Source: Octopus sinensis (lineage: Eukaryota). Taken from it: DNA of 64,000 nt. Of the stretch, positions 24,927-36,651 are shown piece after piece. The stretch lies in NCBI RefSeq assembly GCF_006345805.1, contig NW_021832228.1, positions 1-64,000 of the forward strand. Reading direction: 5' to 3'. Numbering within the stretch: position 1 is the first letter of the stretch; each line of letters starts with the position of its first letter. The notes under the pieces were generated by a model. That model had not been told where the DNA came from and made no database searches. It saw nothing but the letters and a program-made list of their open reading frames with translations. The position numbers and the translations under genes are program-made.

Positions 24927-26645
24927 ATTGCTATTGAAATGTTTATTTTCTATGTAACAAACTCGTCACTAGATTAAAAGGGGAGAGAAGAGCCAAACGA
25001 AACCAAGGAGACGGAAGAAAACGAGTTTGTTTGCTGATTGGGGTCAACTCTAATGGGACACCAGATGTCCCTTCGATAAAAATAACGACCCCTTGCACCA
25101 CTATTTATTTAAGTGATGCAACAGTTTTTCAATGGATCGTACCGATCCCTCCAGCTCTGGAGTTAGTTTGGATTTTAAGTCCAAGCCATGTGCCAGTTTA
25201 ATGGCATATCTCCGCGTTTTCTCCAAAAGATCAATATGTTTCTTTCCTTCGCAGCTTCCGAACCATCCTTGAGATCCATAGATCAGGAAGGGTTCTATAC
25301 ACGCAGAGTATACGTATAAGAACGTTTCCGGTTTCAGCTGGAATCGCATCAGAGCTTTCAACATTTGGGTAGCCTTGTTCTTTCTCTTCCTTATATACAT
25401 CTTGAATGAACCAGTTGCATCCACAACTATTCCAAGGTATTTAAGATCATCCACGGGTTTTATCGCTCCGGTGTTAATACAAACATCAGGTTTCCTTCTC
25501 CTTTTACCAATCCAGCAAACAGTGCTTTTTTCAAAAGATAAAGACAAGCCTTTATCCTGGCACCATTTGCCAATTTTTTCGATATGACTGTGGGTTCTTT
25601 TCCACGATATTGATTTGCTCATAGAGAAATCCATAATTAAAATATCATCTGCGTAAATGACCATCTCCATGCTAGGGAGATCCACTTGAGGGATGTCGCA
25701 CATCACACAGTTAAATAAAAGGCCCGCTTTCTAAGAGAGCGGGCATTGATCAGGGTTATCCTGATTACTTCTGATTTTTTTTGGTGGCTGATCCCTTTTC
25801 TTAGAATCGCCACCAAATCCAGTAAAAGCTTCGTATCCTTTTTTGTTTTCGTTACTTCTATAATGCTTTTTTCTAATTTCTCCAAATTTTGTGAGTAATT
25901 GTGCTGAGATTTTATTTTTGTCCTCTTCTGCAGGTTCTTCTGTCTGCGTAGTAGCATTTTCTGCCTTCTTTTCGACCGCTGCAGTATTCCAACTAATCCG
26001 TCCATTTAGAAAATCAAGTTTAGCTTTCTTTGGAATATTATTATTTCCTAATCTGGCAGGTTCTTTATCTTCTTTATGTGAGATTCTTGGCTTCTTCACA
26101 AATTTCTTCATCTTCTCACGACGAGCTTCTAATGCTTTCGGACAGCCTCCATAATTTGCCAGATGTGTAGTCGATCCACAATTAACACATTTTCTCAAAT
26201 CACATGGTTCTTTACATTCCGATTTTTCCAAGTTCTTGCAAAACCGAGCAATGTGTCCAAACTGCTGACAACGAAAACATTGAATTTCTCGTTTTATGAA
26301 CCATTCTGCCTTTATCTTTAAAAATCCAATAATCAATCCCAATCTGATTATGGATTCTGCTTCTCCCCTGCTTGTTAAAACAAGAAATTTTGTTTTGAGA
26401 AAATCTCTTAATTCATCCATCTCTATCCATGTCGGAACATTTTTTAGAATAATAGAGGAAGGAGGAAGCTTAACTTCCGCCCCCTCATGTCCACCTTGTC
26501 CAAAGGGACTACTAACCTCCAAAGATTGTTTGAACTCTTCAAGGTCGTCCAAATTCTTAAACTGCAGAATAAAATCGCCAGTATGCCGTCGAGAAATCCT
26601 CGCTCCTGGATGGCCCGCCCTCATGATCGGGACAGACCAAAGCAG
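24927..26645 (-). mobile_element. Internally deleted Jockey/I-group LINE (intact ORF1, ORF2 mostly deleted)
   Basis: 13-bp TSD AAATACCTGAGCT (24914-24926, 26646-26658). ORF2 start ITLINARSL is joined directly to the late RT segment VIYADD...KYLG. AATAAA near the 3' end. Confidence 0.9.
25731..26624 (-). CDS. LINE ORF1 gag-like protein with CCHC knuckles (297 aa)
   Basis: CFRCQQFGHIARFC and CVNCGSTTHLANYGGC; N-terminus similar to ORF1 at 35611-36651. Confidence 0.85.
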   Translation of the reverse strand: MRAGHPGARISRRHTGDFILQFKNLDDLEEFKQSLEVSSPFGQGGHEGAEVKLPPSSIILKNVPTWIEMDELRDFLKTKFLVLTSRGEAESIIRLGLIIGFLKIKAEWFIKREIQCFRCQQFGHIARFCKNLEKSECKEPCDLRKCVNCGSTTHLANYGGCPKALEARREKMKKFVKKPRISHKEDKEPARLGNNNIPKKAKLDFLNGRISWNTAAVEKKAENATTQTEEPAEEDKNKISAQLLTKFGEIRKKHYRSNENKKGYEAFTGFGGDSKKRDQPPKKIRSNQDNPDQCPLS

Positions 26646-27290
26646 AAATACCTGAGCTGGTATTTGGGTTTAAATATATTCAATTACAAAAATTAAAATC
26701 GATGCCAAAGCAGAATGTGCTTTAAAACCGATTTCATAAATAAAAATAATATTTTAAAATTAATAATTGATATTTTAGAATAATGAGAAAAAATTCTAAA
26801 TGTTTCATAATGTATAAAAATGTCAAAACAAGAATCTTCTAAAGGAGCAAGCCTGTCTGCACAGTTCATTTGTGATTAGAAGACCTAATTTTAGAGATTG
26901 AAACGAGAAATAGCAATGAGATCTGTCAAATTATTACCCCCTTCACAACCTAAACCAAATTAGCGTTAAGTATTCATTGATTTTACTTTTTCTATTAAGG
27001 TCTACTTATAAATTATTTTATGGGATTCAATGGAAAATTTAAGTTATTTCAATTTTAATTTTAAATCATGTTAAAATTTAAAATCATTTTATAAATATAT
27101 TTTTTTACTTTACCTTGTTACCCTATTCAAAGCACCTAGTGTCCATTTAACGGCATGTCCATTCTATGGACGGTCACATTTATAACTAATTAATCATTTC
27201 CGATGACGATTTGTATTAATTTATCTTTTTTTCGATATGATTTTTTGTCAATTTGATGTTGGCGTTTCATTAACGGCGTGTTTCTTTATC

Positions 27291-27679
27291 GGACCGCCTC
27301 ATTTGTCTCCGCCTATTGGGATTCGGGATCTCTGGGAGCGCCCGATCTTCGCGTCTCGCTACCTGATTGCAGCCGGCTTCCTACGTGTTAGTGAAGCCAG
27401 GGTAACATAACTAACTAACTATATGACCAGAGAGTCTGTTAAAGACAATCTTTTCCATTGTCTTAGAGAAAGCACAAATGAGGCTAATTGGCCGGTAGTT
27501 CTGTGCCAGGAATGTCGATTTACCAGATTTTGGAATCATTCGAACAATCGTATGCTTCCACGCCGATGGAAGGTGTCCAAATTAATTCCATAAATTAACT
27601 TCTGTTAAAAGGAAAATAAAAAAGATTTTATATTAAAAAACAAACATTACTAAATACAAAAAAGGTACTGTTGCATTTA
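27291..27679 (+). repeat. Additional copy of composite cassette (Vingi-like tail + LINE RT fragment + Merlin TIR start)
   Basis: Matches about 6494-6886, including the (TAAC)n|ATATGACCAGAG junction. Confidence 0.9.
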
Positions 27680-27706
27680 ATCACGGAATAATACTTTTTG
27701 TGTTTT

Positions 27707-27909
27707 TTTATTATTATTATTATTTAAAGACCAAACACGGGCAAAACCAGTTAATTATAGTTATTCCCGTGATCGCCGATCCAAACGAGGGAGATCCTTC
27801 TGAAAGGTTCAATCCTTCCTGCAAGATCGGCCTGAGACGACGATGTCCCAGGGTCTGAGAAGCTAAGAGTCCTTTTTTTGGTAGGTGCTCTAAGTGCCTC
27901 CTGAGCGTT
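27707..27909 (-). mobile_element. 3' half of the SINE family seen at 53477-53917
   Basis: Reverse complement of about 53725-53917, with (TAA)n tail. Confidence 0.85.
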
Positions 27910-28129
27910 AAAACATGGAAGCAAACGTAGATTTTATCTTCCAAGAGACTGACTAGAAAGAGGATTGGTCATTGTGATGCATTAAAGCGACCGAATACTT
28001 CCTAAAATTCTCAAGGATATTGAGATGAAGACTTCCTATTGTTTGAGAAGAGAAAGAATCCTGAAGGCCGCGAGATCAAAAACACACATGGCCACTAAAA
28101 GGTATTCTTATGCAGAAAGTACCAATTTG

Positions 28130-28900
28130 CAACTCCGGAAAGCCTCAAACTGAACGTTTTAAAGGATTTTTAACGAAAGTACATAACTGAGCAGATACGA
28201 AGAAAGCCTCTTAACTTGATTTAGTTTATTTTCCATTATGATTTGGACGTGGATCGGAAGGAATCGTCATGGTGGTTATCGCATGGTAAAAAGTCTCCAA
28301 GGTTGGAGGGAATGCTGTTTATGTATCAGGACTTATTCTTTGACAACGGTGATAGTAGTTTCAATTATTGCAACACCGCCAAAAAGGCCCGCTCATTTTG
28401 CTACAAGATGTGGCAAAATGTTGAACAGCAATTACCTGAGTCGCCACAATGAGTTGGTAAGGTGCATTCATTTGCACATTTGCAGACTATATGGGAGAAA
28501 ACAGTCTAGGAAGTTAAAAATCCACTCTGTTTTATCGACTGTCTCTAATGAAGTGGTTGAAATACAAGTGGACACGACGATACTGAAATCAATAATAATA
28601 ACGCGGACATTTTTATCTAAGACAAAGTTCGGAACATCCTTACACTGATCGAAGTTGGGATTACTTCTCAACAATCTTTGAAGCATGTGGAATTTGAGAA
28701 ATTACATAAATACGATCTTTCGACAAGCGGATTGAAGTGAATGCACAATGAAAATGTGAACGTCTGGGATGGAATAGTATCTTAATTTTACAAGAATCAC
28801 CAAAACTCTCTAAAAGTTGAGGATTCAACTCATGCCTATGTCCAGACGATTGTGATTAAAAAGACATTAGAGAGCATGCATCTGAAATAAAAAATCTCAA
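28130..28900 (+). pseudogene. R4/Dong/NeSL-like RLE retrotransposon C-terminal relic
   Basis: HFATRCGKMLNSNYLSRHNELVRCIHLHIC, DTTI...DIF...LIEVGITS...KYD; frameshifted. Confidence 0.75.
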
Positions 28901-29399
28901 GTACGGCAGCGAATCCCGTAACAAGTATTTCAATGAGTGTTGGTGCAAAAATGAGCAATTGAATGGAGGAATTACCCACCACGACACATCAATGAAACTT
29001 TTCGAGAACACCGACTCCGTATCCCGGCCCATGAGTCTAGCAGAAGGAGGAAGATTGGAGACGAATAGGAGGAAACCGGAACTAAAATTATCCGGATAAG
29101 ATATTTCTCCAGTTTGATTAATTTTCTAATTCGAACCTTTTGAATTAACCTAATAAACGAATAAAATTTTTTGTGGTTTTTAAGTTTTCTTAGCTCTTTA
29201 TTGAGGACAGGATTTATTCACAAGCCAGGTTTCACCACTCAAGGTCTCCACTTAAAAATTTCATCGTTTTTGAAAAAGTAGAACCAGGGTAGTAATTTGA
29301 CTAGGATTAAAGTTGGTGGAATAGATGCTAAGAAGGTAACTCTTAAGTATCCAGATAGAGGTAAAGTTTCGATTTTACTGGAAATATATTGGTAAAAAT

Positions 29400-31472
29400 C
29401 AGGGTTGTTAAAAATCATGATTTTTTTCAAAAAAATCAAAAAAATCTGATTTTTTTGATTTAATCACGATTTTTTTGATTTAAATCAGATTTTTTTGAAT
29501 TAAATGATCTTTATTTCAAAACGACCCTTTCCACCTGGCTTATCAGAGAACCTCTCTCTTTGTACATAAACACTGAAAAACGGCCACGCAGAACGATCTA
29601 TCGTAGTTCCTTATGTCCACCGGGATCACTTAACTAGTTTGCATTACGCTTTCTTTCTTTGTGGTCTTCGGGTTAATAAATAAAAAAATATTTCAAAGCG
29701 AACTAAAATAAAAAACAAAAACAATGGAAATCGTTTTTATTTATTTAAAAGCTTGTAAATGGAAACAAGTTTGGCTGCTTTTTCGATCCCCAGCCTATTG
29801 CGTACATTTGAATGTAGAAATCCGAATGTTGAAAAGATTCTTTCTATTCCACCTGTCGAAGCAACTGCTCCAAGAATTTTTTTGCATAGTGAAATTACTT
29901 GTGAAGGTAACTGGTATGAATTCGACTCCCACCAAGCTATAGGTGATACTTTACTCAATAAATTCGGAGCAAACATGTATTGTTTAAATGGATCAGCTTT
30001 TGCTCTGAAATTAATCAGAGTCGGAAGTGCATATTCATAATTTTGAGCACAATAACTCAATGCAATGTCAATCTCAACATTTGAAAGAGATTTCCCACTA
30101 CATGTCGGGTCGATCAAATTCGCAAGTAAGTGGAAAGGTGTTAATGCTTGTTTTGCTCAAATTCTCACTTTTCCTAAAATATTCGTACATCCATTGTCAA
30201 TATATGTCTGTTCAAGTTCTTTCCAAATTTCTACAGCATGACTAATCGTGGTAGAATCATTCTGAATTTTATCTAAAGCGACAGCAATTGGTTTAATAAG
30301 CATCAGATATTCTTCAACGCGTCGTTTTAGGGAAATATTTTGGACCTTGGAAAAAATCTCTGTATCAATATCCGTTCTGTGTTCCTCACAAGTTCTCAAA
30401 ATAATAGACCAATTATCCAGATAAGATTGAAAACAGTCTGATAAAGTGTTCCACCGTACATCAATCGGAAGAACGAGTTTTTTTCCTCCAGCAGATTTGT
30501 ACCATGCAGCTGGAAGATGGACGTTTCGGAAATATTTATTGATTGTTACAATAGTTCCTTTAACGTCCGCTACCTCGACATCCTTCGCAAGAAGGTTGAG
30601 ATAATGTGCCGAGCAACCATAAGTAATTATTTCATTGCCATCTTCCATCATTATCCGTCTCATTTTAGTCATGTTGGCAGCATTATCCGTTACAAGACTG
30701 CCGATTTTACATCCAAACCGTTGTTCAGCCAATTGTGCGGAGGCTAAAGCAACAGATTGAAGATATTCCGCAGTGTGGCTATATCCAGAAGTGTCCACAG
30801 TGTCAATGAGATAATTTTCCCCATCTGATGTCACAACCGAGACACAAATAACGGGTTCATTATGAATGTTGCTCCACCCGTCCAACATCATAGACACTGT
30901 TTTGTCCTGGAGTCTTTGTCGACAGTCTTCATGTATTTGGTCGTACACATGATCAAGTAATGTACCACCAATTTGATGACGAGAGGGTAAACGATACCCA
31001 GGAAGAAGCATTTGGACGAATTTGACAAATTCGGGATGTTCTACAGCAGCAAACGGAGTGTTTGTAGAAAATATGTATCTAGCGAGTTGCAGATCCATCA
31101 AATCTTTCTTAGATGAAGTCGTCGTAGTTACGAAATTGATTAATGAATGGTCCTTCATCCTTGGAGGAAATTCGCTTTCAGGTCTCGGCATATTTTCAGG
31201 GATATCAATATTACTTCGACATAATAAATGATGCTGCCTCATCCGAGATACAAGACCTTGTATGTCCTTCCCACAATTACGACATCTGGCACGGCTTCCG
31301 GTCTTTCCAGGAATAATACGTTTATCAAAATAAGCCCACAAAGAATCACGCTTTCTTCCAGGCATTTAAAAAAATTTAAATGATTTTTTTGATTTTTTTG
31401 ATTTTTTTAATGATTTAAATCATTGATTTTTATTGTTGATTAAAATCAAATGATTTAAATCTAACAACCCTG
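29400..31472 (-). mobile_element. hAT (Ac/BED-finger) transposon, nearly intact
   Basis: TIR CAGGGTTGTTA...TAACAACCCTG; 8-bp TSD GTAAAAAT. ORF 31365-29737 has a BED finger (LWAYF...CRNC...H), DGWSN, CSAHYLNL, RWN and ERIFS, broken by one in-frame TGA at ~30157. Subterminal GATTTTTTT repeats. Confidence 0.95.
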
Positions 31473-31791
31473 GTAAAAATAAATAATAGAATGGACGATT
31501 CATTTTCAGAACTTCATTTTAGGAAGATCGACATCCATGAATATCCTTTTGTCGACTCCACTAAAATACTGCAAAAATATTCTTCTAAATTTCCACTAGC
31601 AGTTGCATCGAGGTATTGCAAACTACAAGCCCAGGTCGGTAGATTTAGAAGGAGCCCAAAAATGCTTAAACGCTTGAATCGGGAAAAGTACTTTCGTGAA
31701 ATACTGATCATTCCTTGCGACAAAAAACATCATTTTGAATGTATTATCGTCCAATGCATTTTGTAGTCTTGAAAAAATTAAATAATATTTT

Positions 31792-32536
31792 GGTACTTTT
31801 GTCGAAGTGGTCGCAGTTTTTTTAGAAGATAATTAAAATTAATTAATTTTTTTAGTGAAAAATAGATTATTTAATTTATAACCCTCTATCAATAATTTAA
31901 ATGGTTATTAAAATTATTTAAAAATTTATTTAACCAATTTAGTCATTTTTAGTACGCGGCATCCAAATTCAATGTATGTTCACCCCAATTGTATTCGTGA
32001 TGAAGCCATTTGAAGGTATGCCTATCGTAACTCCATAAGTATATGTAGGCGATGACATCCTCAAATGGCAATCTACAATTCTCTAACCAGGTATCTAGAA
32101 TTATTTGAGAGAAATTATACCTTTTTTAATAGAACATTGGACTCTACAACCAACTCTTGAGCATTTCCAATTGAGCTTCGGTCCCAAGACTAATTCCATC
32201 TGATGTCCCTTCGGACATATACGTGATTTTGAAAGGATATCCACATTTTGCAGAAAATGCACTGCATCCTCCTTACTTATTGGGAGCTGTCGGAATTTGA
32301 TGTTGCATAAGTCCACAACAGAATTTTCCATGTGACCTATAGTGCCAGTTTATATCAATATTAGGTACATGCTCGCCATAATATTAAAAAAATTAGAAAA
32401 TAAATTAGTAAAAAATTTAATAATATTTTAAATTATTGATAGAGCGACTTAAATAAAATATAATATATTCCACCTCAAAAATTATTAGATTTTTTAAAAG
32501 GCCTAAAAAAACTGCGACCACTTCGACAAAAGTATT
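31792..32536 (-). mobile_element. Second Merlin-like family, deletion derivative
   Basis: TIR GGTACTTTTGTCGAAGTGGTCGCAGTTTTTTTAG with inverted partner. Peptide CPKGHQMEL...WKCSRVGCRVQCSIKK^DTWLENCRL with a 26-nt intron (32095-32120). Confidence 0.8.
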
Positions 32537-32689
32537 TTTTATCGGTTATAATTTATGAAACTGTCTATGTCTCATATAATATTTAAGATTAATTGCTCGA
32601 TGACTTAATTGTGCCCACGGCCGCACATTCATAGACTCACGGCCGCACTTGCGCACCCCTGATCTAGAGTATTTCTAGAATGAAACTCT

Positions 32690-32910
32690 AAAAAACTGGC
32701 ATATGAAGCAATAAACTTACATCAACGAGTTACCAAAATGGCTTGCACTGGAATGGGGATTGACCGTCATTTATTCGCTCTTTTCATTGTTTCGAGATTT
32801 TTGGTGGGAAAATCGGAATTTTTGGAATGCGTTCTTCAAGAGACATGGGGAATGTCTACTAGTCAAGTAAAACAAATGTGTTTTGTCACAATCAGACTCC
32901 AGTTTCTCAG
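32690..32910 (+). pseudogene. Carnitine O-palmitoyltransferase (CPT1-like) C-terminal fragment truncated by a LINE
   Basis: MACTGMGIDRHLFALFIVSRFLVGKSEFLECVLQETWGMSTSQ^TPVSQ resembles the CPT1 GIDRHLF...LSTSQ segment. 29-nt intron at 32867-32895; LINE tail follows immediately. Confidence 0.75.
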
Positions 32911-33037
32911 AGAATAGAATAGAATAGAATAGTGTTTATTGAGCAAAAAGAAAAAGAAAAACAAGGAAGAAATCATCGGCGGGGAGATAAAAACAAGGCA
33001 CCGAAGTGTCTCTTTCCACGCGTATCCCCAATACTAG

Positions 33038-35635
33038 TCATGTTTGACGACAATTTTCCAAGACCATCCGGATCGTGGGCACAGAGGATTCTTGTGAGTC
33101 TTTTAACCTTCCGTCAAGTTGTACTCCGTAAGCCAATTTCATAGCGAAACGTCTTGTCTTTTTCAACTGTTCGATCAGGTAGTCACTCTCCTCCGTACCG
33201 TACCAGCCCTCGTAGCCATATGTGAGGACTGGCTGCACACACGTTTTGTATACGTAAATGTACGTTTCCGGATCCAGATGGAACCTGGTTAAGCTTTTGA
33301 GGATCCTCACACTCCTCTTTCTCTGATTTGCTATATGCTCTACGTACGAGCCACGACAGTTGATGGTTGCTCCCAGGTAAGAAAGATTTTTGCTTTTCGG
33401 GAGATCCATCACATAGCTACTCATCGCATATGCACACGACTCTGCATAGCGACTCCCTCGCCGCAACCATGAAATGGTGCTCTTCTCCGGTGCTAGGGTC
33501 AAACCTTTCTCTATAGTCCACATCTTTAGCGTTGCAATGTATGATTTCAGTCGTCTCCAAGACTGCGATATCCTTTTCGAGGTATCCATGACCAGGATAT
33601 CGTCAGCATAGATAACGAGCTTGCCAGTACGTGTCGACGGCAGAGGAATATCCGCCAAGAAGAGGTTGAACAGAAGTGGACTCAAGATAGATCCCTGCGG
33701 GACTCCCCTTCTAAGTTCCACACACCCCGATAGGCGGTTTCCACAGCGGACAAATGATTGTCTTCCTGACAAGAAGCTCTCCAGCCATCGATAGGTCTTT
33801 ATCCCGGCTCCGATGTCATGGATTCTGGAGAGTAGGCCCAGGTGCCACACGCTATCAAACGCTTTGGCCAGGTCCAGACACACCACAGTTAGCCATGCTT
33901 CATTTCTGTCAGCACGGGATAATTGGTGCTCTAACTCCCTGAGGCAGTCCCCTGTGGATCTTCCTCCACGAAATCCCCATTGTTCGGGTAAAAGCAAATT
34001 TTGTGATTCTATATGACCAGAGAGTCTGTTAAAGACAATCTTTTCCATTGTCTTAGAGAAAGCACAAATGAGGCTAATTGGCCGGTAGTTCTGTGCCAGC
34101 AGTGTCGATTTACCAGATTTTGGAATCATTCGAACAATCGTATGCTTCCACGCCGATGGAAGGTGTCCGAACGCCCAGCTGGCGTGAAACAACATAGTCA
34201 ATGCTCGTATCAAGATTTCAGGGGCCTTCTTTAACAACTTCGGAGGGATGTAGTCGAAGCCAGGCGCCTTGTTCTTCAACCCAGCAATTGCCCTTTCAAC
34301 CTCTTCCTGTGTTATCTCCCCACATAATGGTCCCTCCGATAATTGCGAAGAGCCAAGCTTCTTCACAATTCGGTCATAAGTCCCTCGTGGAACGGTGGAT
34401 TCGACCTCTTGAACCTGACTAAGTTGGTTCCTGAGTACCTCCGGGATACGATCAGAGGAGATATATTTCCCGTCTGCTTCTTTTAGTGAAATTTCAAATC
34501 CTTTGGCATCATTTCTGGTAAGGCGTTGATATGCTTTCCAGAAATTAGGGTTTCGCTTATCCAGTTTTCGGCATTCAGACCTCCATTTACTTTCGACCTC
34601 AGTCTTGGCCATTTTTGCAATAGTAGATTTTATCTTGTCGATCTCCAATTTCAGGCGGCATTTGATTGACTCAACCCGACATCTTCTCCTGCGATTTTCC
34701 AGGGTACCTTTCGTTCTGATCAGAGTGACAAGTGTCGAATTCATCCGCTTTTGCGTTCCTTTGGGTTTCCATACATTTTTTAATGCATAAACATCCAGGA
34801 ATTTTACGATTGACGATCTAAGGTGATCATCGAGATTGTCAATATCATCTCTGCTTCTCAGAGGCTGGGACACGACATTTCGAAGAGAATCCCGCATATA
34901 TGATTCGAATAAACTCCAGTTCATGTTCACGAGGTTGTAACCAATGAACAAGTCCTCCGTAACATTCATAGTCATCTTTATCAACATCGTTTGCGGCACG
35001 TGGTCAGAGCCAATGTCCGCTTCCAACCTCGGTATGTAACATAAAGGACTAATTGATGCCGAGCATAGAAAGAGACCCAAGCGATCAGCCCTGCCTCTGT
35101 CTGCATAATGATTCAGTTCTTCCGATGTAAAGACCGAAAAACCCAAGCTACTGGCCAAGTCCTCAAGGACAGTTCCATCCATATTCGTAGTTTCACATCC
35201 ATAACTCACATTTTTGGCATTAAGATCTCCTGCTAGGATTGACAGGCAATTTTCCTCAAAGAACGTCCCAATAACGTTTGAATAGCGCCTTAGCGACTTT
35301 GAATACATTCCCCCGACGGTTAGCCAGCCAGCGGTCGTGTGCAGCTCGAGCACAATAAGTTCACAGAGTGACTCCTCCACAATTCTGATGTTTCTTACCT
35401 TAAGGTTCGCCCTGTAGTAGACTGAGGTTCCTGTCCCCGCCACTGAGTTTATTTTCCATGGTATATTAATAGACTTATAGCCTTCGAATTCCACCCTCGT
35501 AGCTTCCTTCAGCTTAGTCTCATTGATAATCAATATGTGAGACTTCGCTGTGGCCAGCAGGAGCCTCAGCTCCGATACCCGTCTCGCAAGCGAGCGGGCA
35601 TTTAGAATTGTCAGAGCAAGGAATCCTTCCGACAT
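33038..35635 (-). CDS. LINE ORF2: APE endonuclease + reverse transcriptase (865 aa)
   Basis: LNARSL, INETKL, GDLNAK, SDHVP; YRPISL, DLAKAFDSV, GVPQGSILSPLLF, YADD, YLG. Confidence 0.97.
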   Translation of the reverse strand: MSEGFLALTILNARSLARRVSELRLLLATAKSHILIINETKLKEATRVEFEGYKSINIPWKINSVAGTGTSVYYRANLKVRNIRIVEESLCELIVLELHTTAGWLTVGGMYSKSLRRYSNVIGTFFEENCLSILAGDLNAKNVSYGCETTNMDGTVLEDLASSLGFSVFTSEELNHYADRGRADRLGLFLCSASISPLCYIPRLEADIGSDHVPQTMLIKMTMNVTEDLFIGYNLVNMNWSLFESYMRDSLRNVVSQPLRSRDDIDNLDDHLRSSIVKFLDVYALKNVWKPKGTQKRMNSTLVTLIRTKGTLENRRRRCRVESIKCRLKLEIDKIKSTIAKMAKTEVESKWRSECRKLDKRNPNFWKAYQRLTRNDAKGFEISLKEADGKYISSDRIPEVLRNQLSQVQEVESTVPRGTYDRIVKKLGSSQLSEGPLCGEITQEEVERAIAGLKNKAPGFDYIPPKLLKKAPEILIRALTMLFHASWAFGHLPSAWKHTIVRMIPKSGKSTLLAQNYRPISLICAFSKTMEKIVFNRLSGHIESQNLLLPEQWGFRGGRSTGDCLRELEHQLSRADRNEAWLTVVCLDLAKAFDSVWHLGLLSRIHDIGAGIKTYRWLESFLSGRQSFVRCGNRLSGCVELRRGVPQGSILSPLLFNLFLADIPLPSTRTGKLVIYADDILVMDTSKRISQSWRRLKSYIATLKMWTIEKGLTLAPEKSTISWLRRGSRYAESCAYAMSSYVMDLPKSKNLSYLGATINCRGSYVEHIANQRKRSVRILKSLTRFHLDPETYIYVYKTCVQPVLTYGYEGWYGTEESDYLIEQLKKTRRFAMKLAYGVQLDGRLKDSQESSVPTIRMVLENCRQT

Positions 35636-36651
35636 GGGTGGCTGACCTCCCGTGGGAGCGCCACCTTTTTCGGTAAAGGGGGTCTGCCTGCTTTCCGTTT
35701 GCCACCGGTTTCAGCCGGCTCTGGAGGCGTCCCATCGTCCTCCAGCCGGGCTTCGGGGCTTGGCAGCTGAGCTCCAGATTTTGCTACTGCAGTTTTCTTC
35801 ACTGCTCTCGCCTTCGGGGCGGCGGGTTTTGTTTCTGGGCATGGGTCCGTTTGAATTCCTGTGTTAATGAAGCAGGTCTGACTTCCGGATTCGATCAAGT
35901 TCTTGACGATAACGTCAGTTTGAACACCAATATCGCATTTCGGATTAAGTAACTTCTTCGACCAAGACATTTGTATGCCAGACATTTGTATTGCATTTAC
36001 ACGATTTCTCTTAGTGGGAGTCACTTCCAGTTTCTTCTTTGTCGATTGTTTCGCCACCGGACAGCCCAACCAGTTCGCCCGGTGTCCATGTGATCCGCAG
36101 TTGATGCACGGGAGTTTGGCGTGTGTTCCGATCGTACATTGGGTGCGATCGTGTGCATCACCACACAACAAACAGCGCACTGTCTCCTTACAGTATAACG
36201 AGATGTGTCCAAATTTGTAACATCGATAGCATTGCCTCTCGGGATTTTTGTACCAGGTAAAACGGATTTGGTTGAAGCCAATTTTAAGACCTAGGGTGAT
36301 CAACGACTGTGCTTCGTTTCTGTCCTGGATAGTAAGCTTGCCAAGTGGCAGATATTTCCCATTTTTACTAAATCTCTCCAGTTTGAACCCTGGAGATAGC
36401 ACTTTCGACAAAAGCCTGTGTAAATCCTCGTTATCAACCCAAAAAGGTAGATTCCTCATCATTAAGGTCGAATCCCTGGGTGTTCGGTGCTCTATTGTGT
36501 GCCCATTGTCACCAAAAGGAAGCTTCATTTCCCAATCGTTTTTAAAAGACTCGAAATCCATTTCCGAATTGAAGACAAGTTCGTATGAGCCATCAAAGCG
36601 ACGGGAGATTCTCGCCTTGAGGGCAGTTTTTGAAAAACTATTTTGTTGCAT
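35611..36651 (-). CDS. LINE ORF1 gag-like protein, three Cys/His knuckles (346 aa)
   Basis: CYRCYKFGHISLYC, CLLCGDAHDRTQC, CINCGSHGHRANWLGC. Confidence 0.93.
   Translation of the reverse strand: MQQNSFSKTALKARISRRFDGSYELVFNSEMDFESFKNDWEMKLPFGDNGHTIEHRTPRDSTLMMRNLPFWVDNEDLHRLLSKVLSPGFKLERFSKNGKYLPLGKLTIQDRNEAQSLITLGLKIGFNQIRFTWYKNPERQCYRCYKFGHISLYCKETVRCLLCGDAHDRTQCTIGTHAKLPCINCGSHGHRANWLGCPVAKQSTKKKLEVTPTKRNRVNAIQMSGIQMSWSKKLLNPKCDIGVQTDVIVKNLIESGSQTCFINTGIQTDPCPETKPAAPKARAVKKTAVAKSGAQLPSPEARLEDDGTPPEPAETGGKRKAGRPPLPKKVALPREVSHPCRKDSLL

Larger units (their letters stand above)
24819..27294. mobile_element. Non-autonomous TGT-terminated (Ginger-like) DNA element hosting a LINE
   Basis: TIR TGTCACAGTCCGTTTATGAAACACGCCGTTAATGAAACGCCAACATCAAATT, with an inverted partner at 27250-27294 that has lost its terminal 7 nt. 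Same terminus at 45751 beside an integrase-like C-terminus. Internal sequence is shared with 62000-62080, downstream of an integrase relic. Confidence 0.6.

Noticed and set aside
31491-31766. 91-aa ORF beside the hAT, possibly an exon of a gene whose intron contains the hAT
   Set aside because: No recognisable motif, and no splice model joined it convincingly to upstream sequence at 29.2-29.4 kb.
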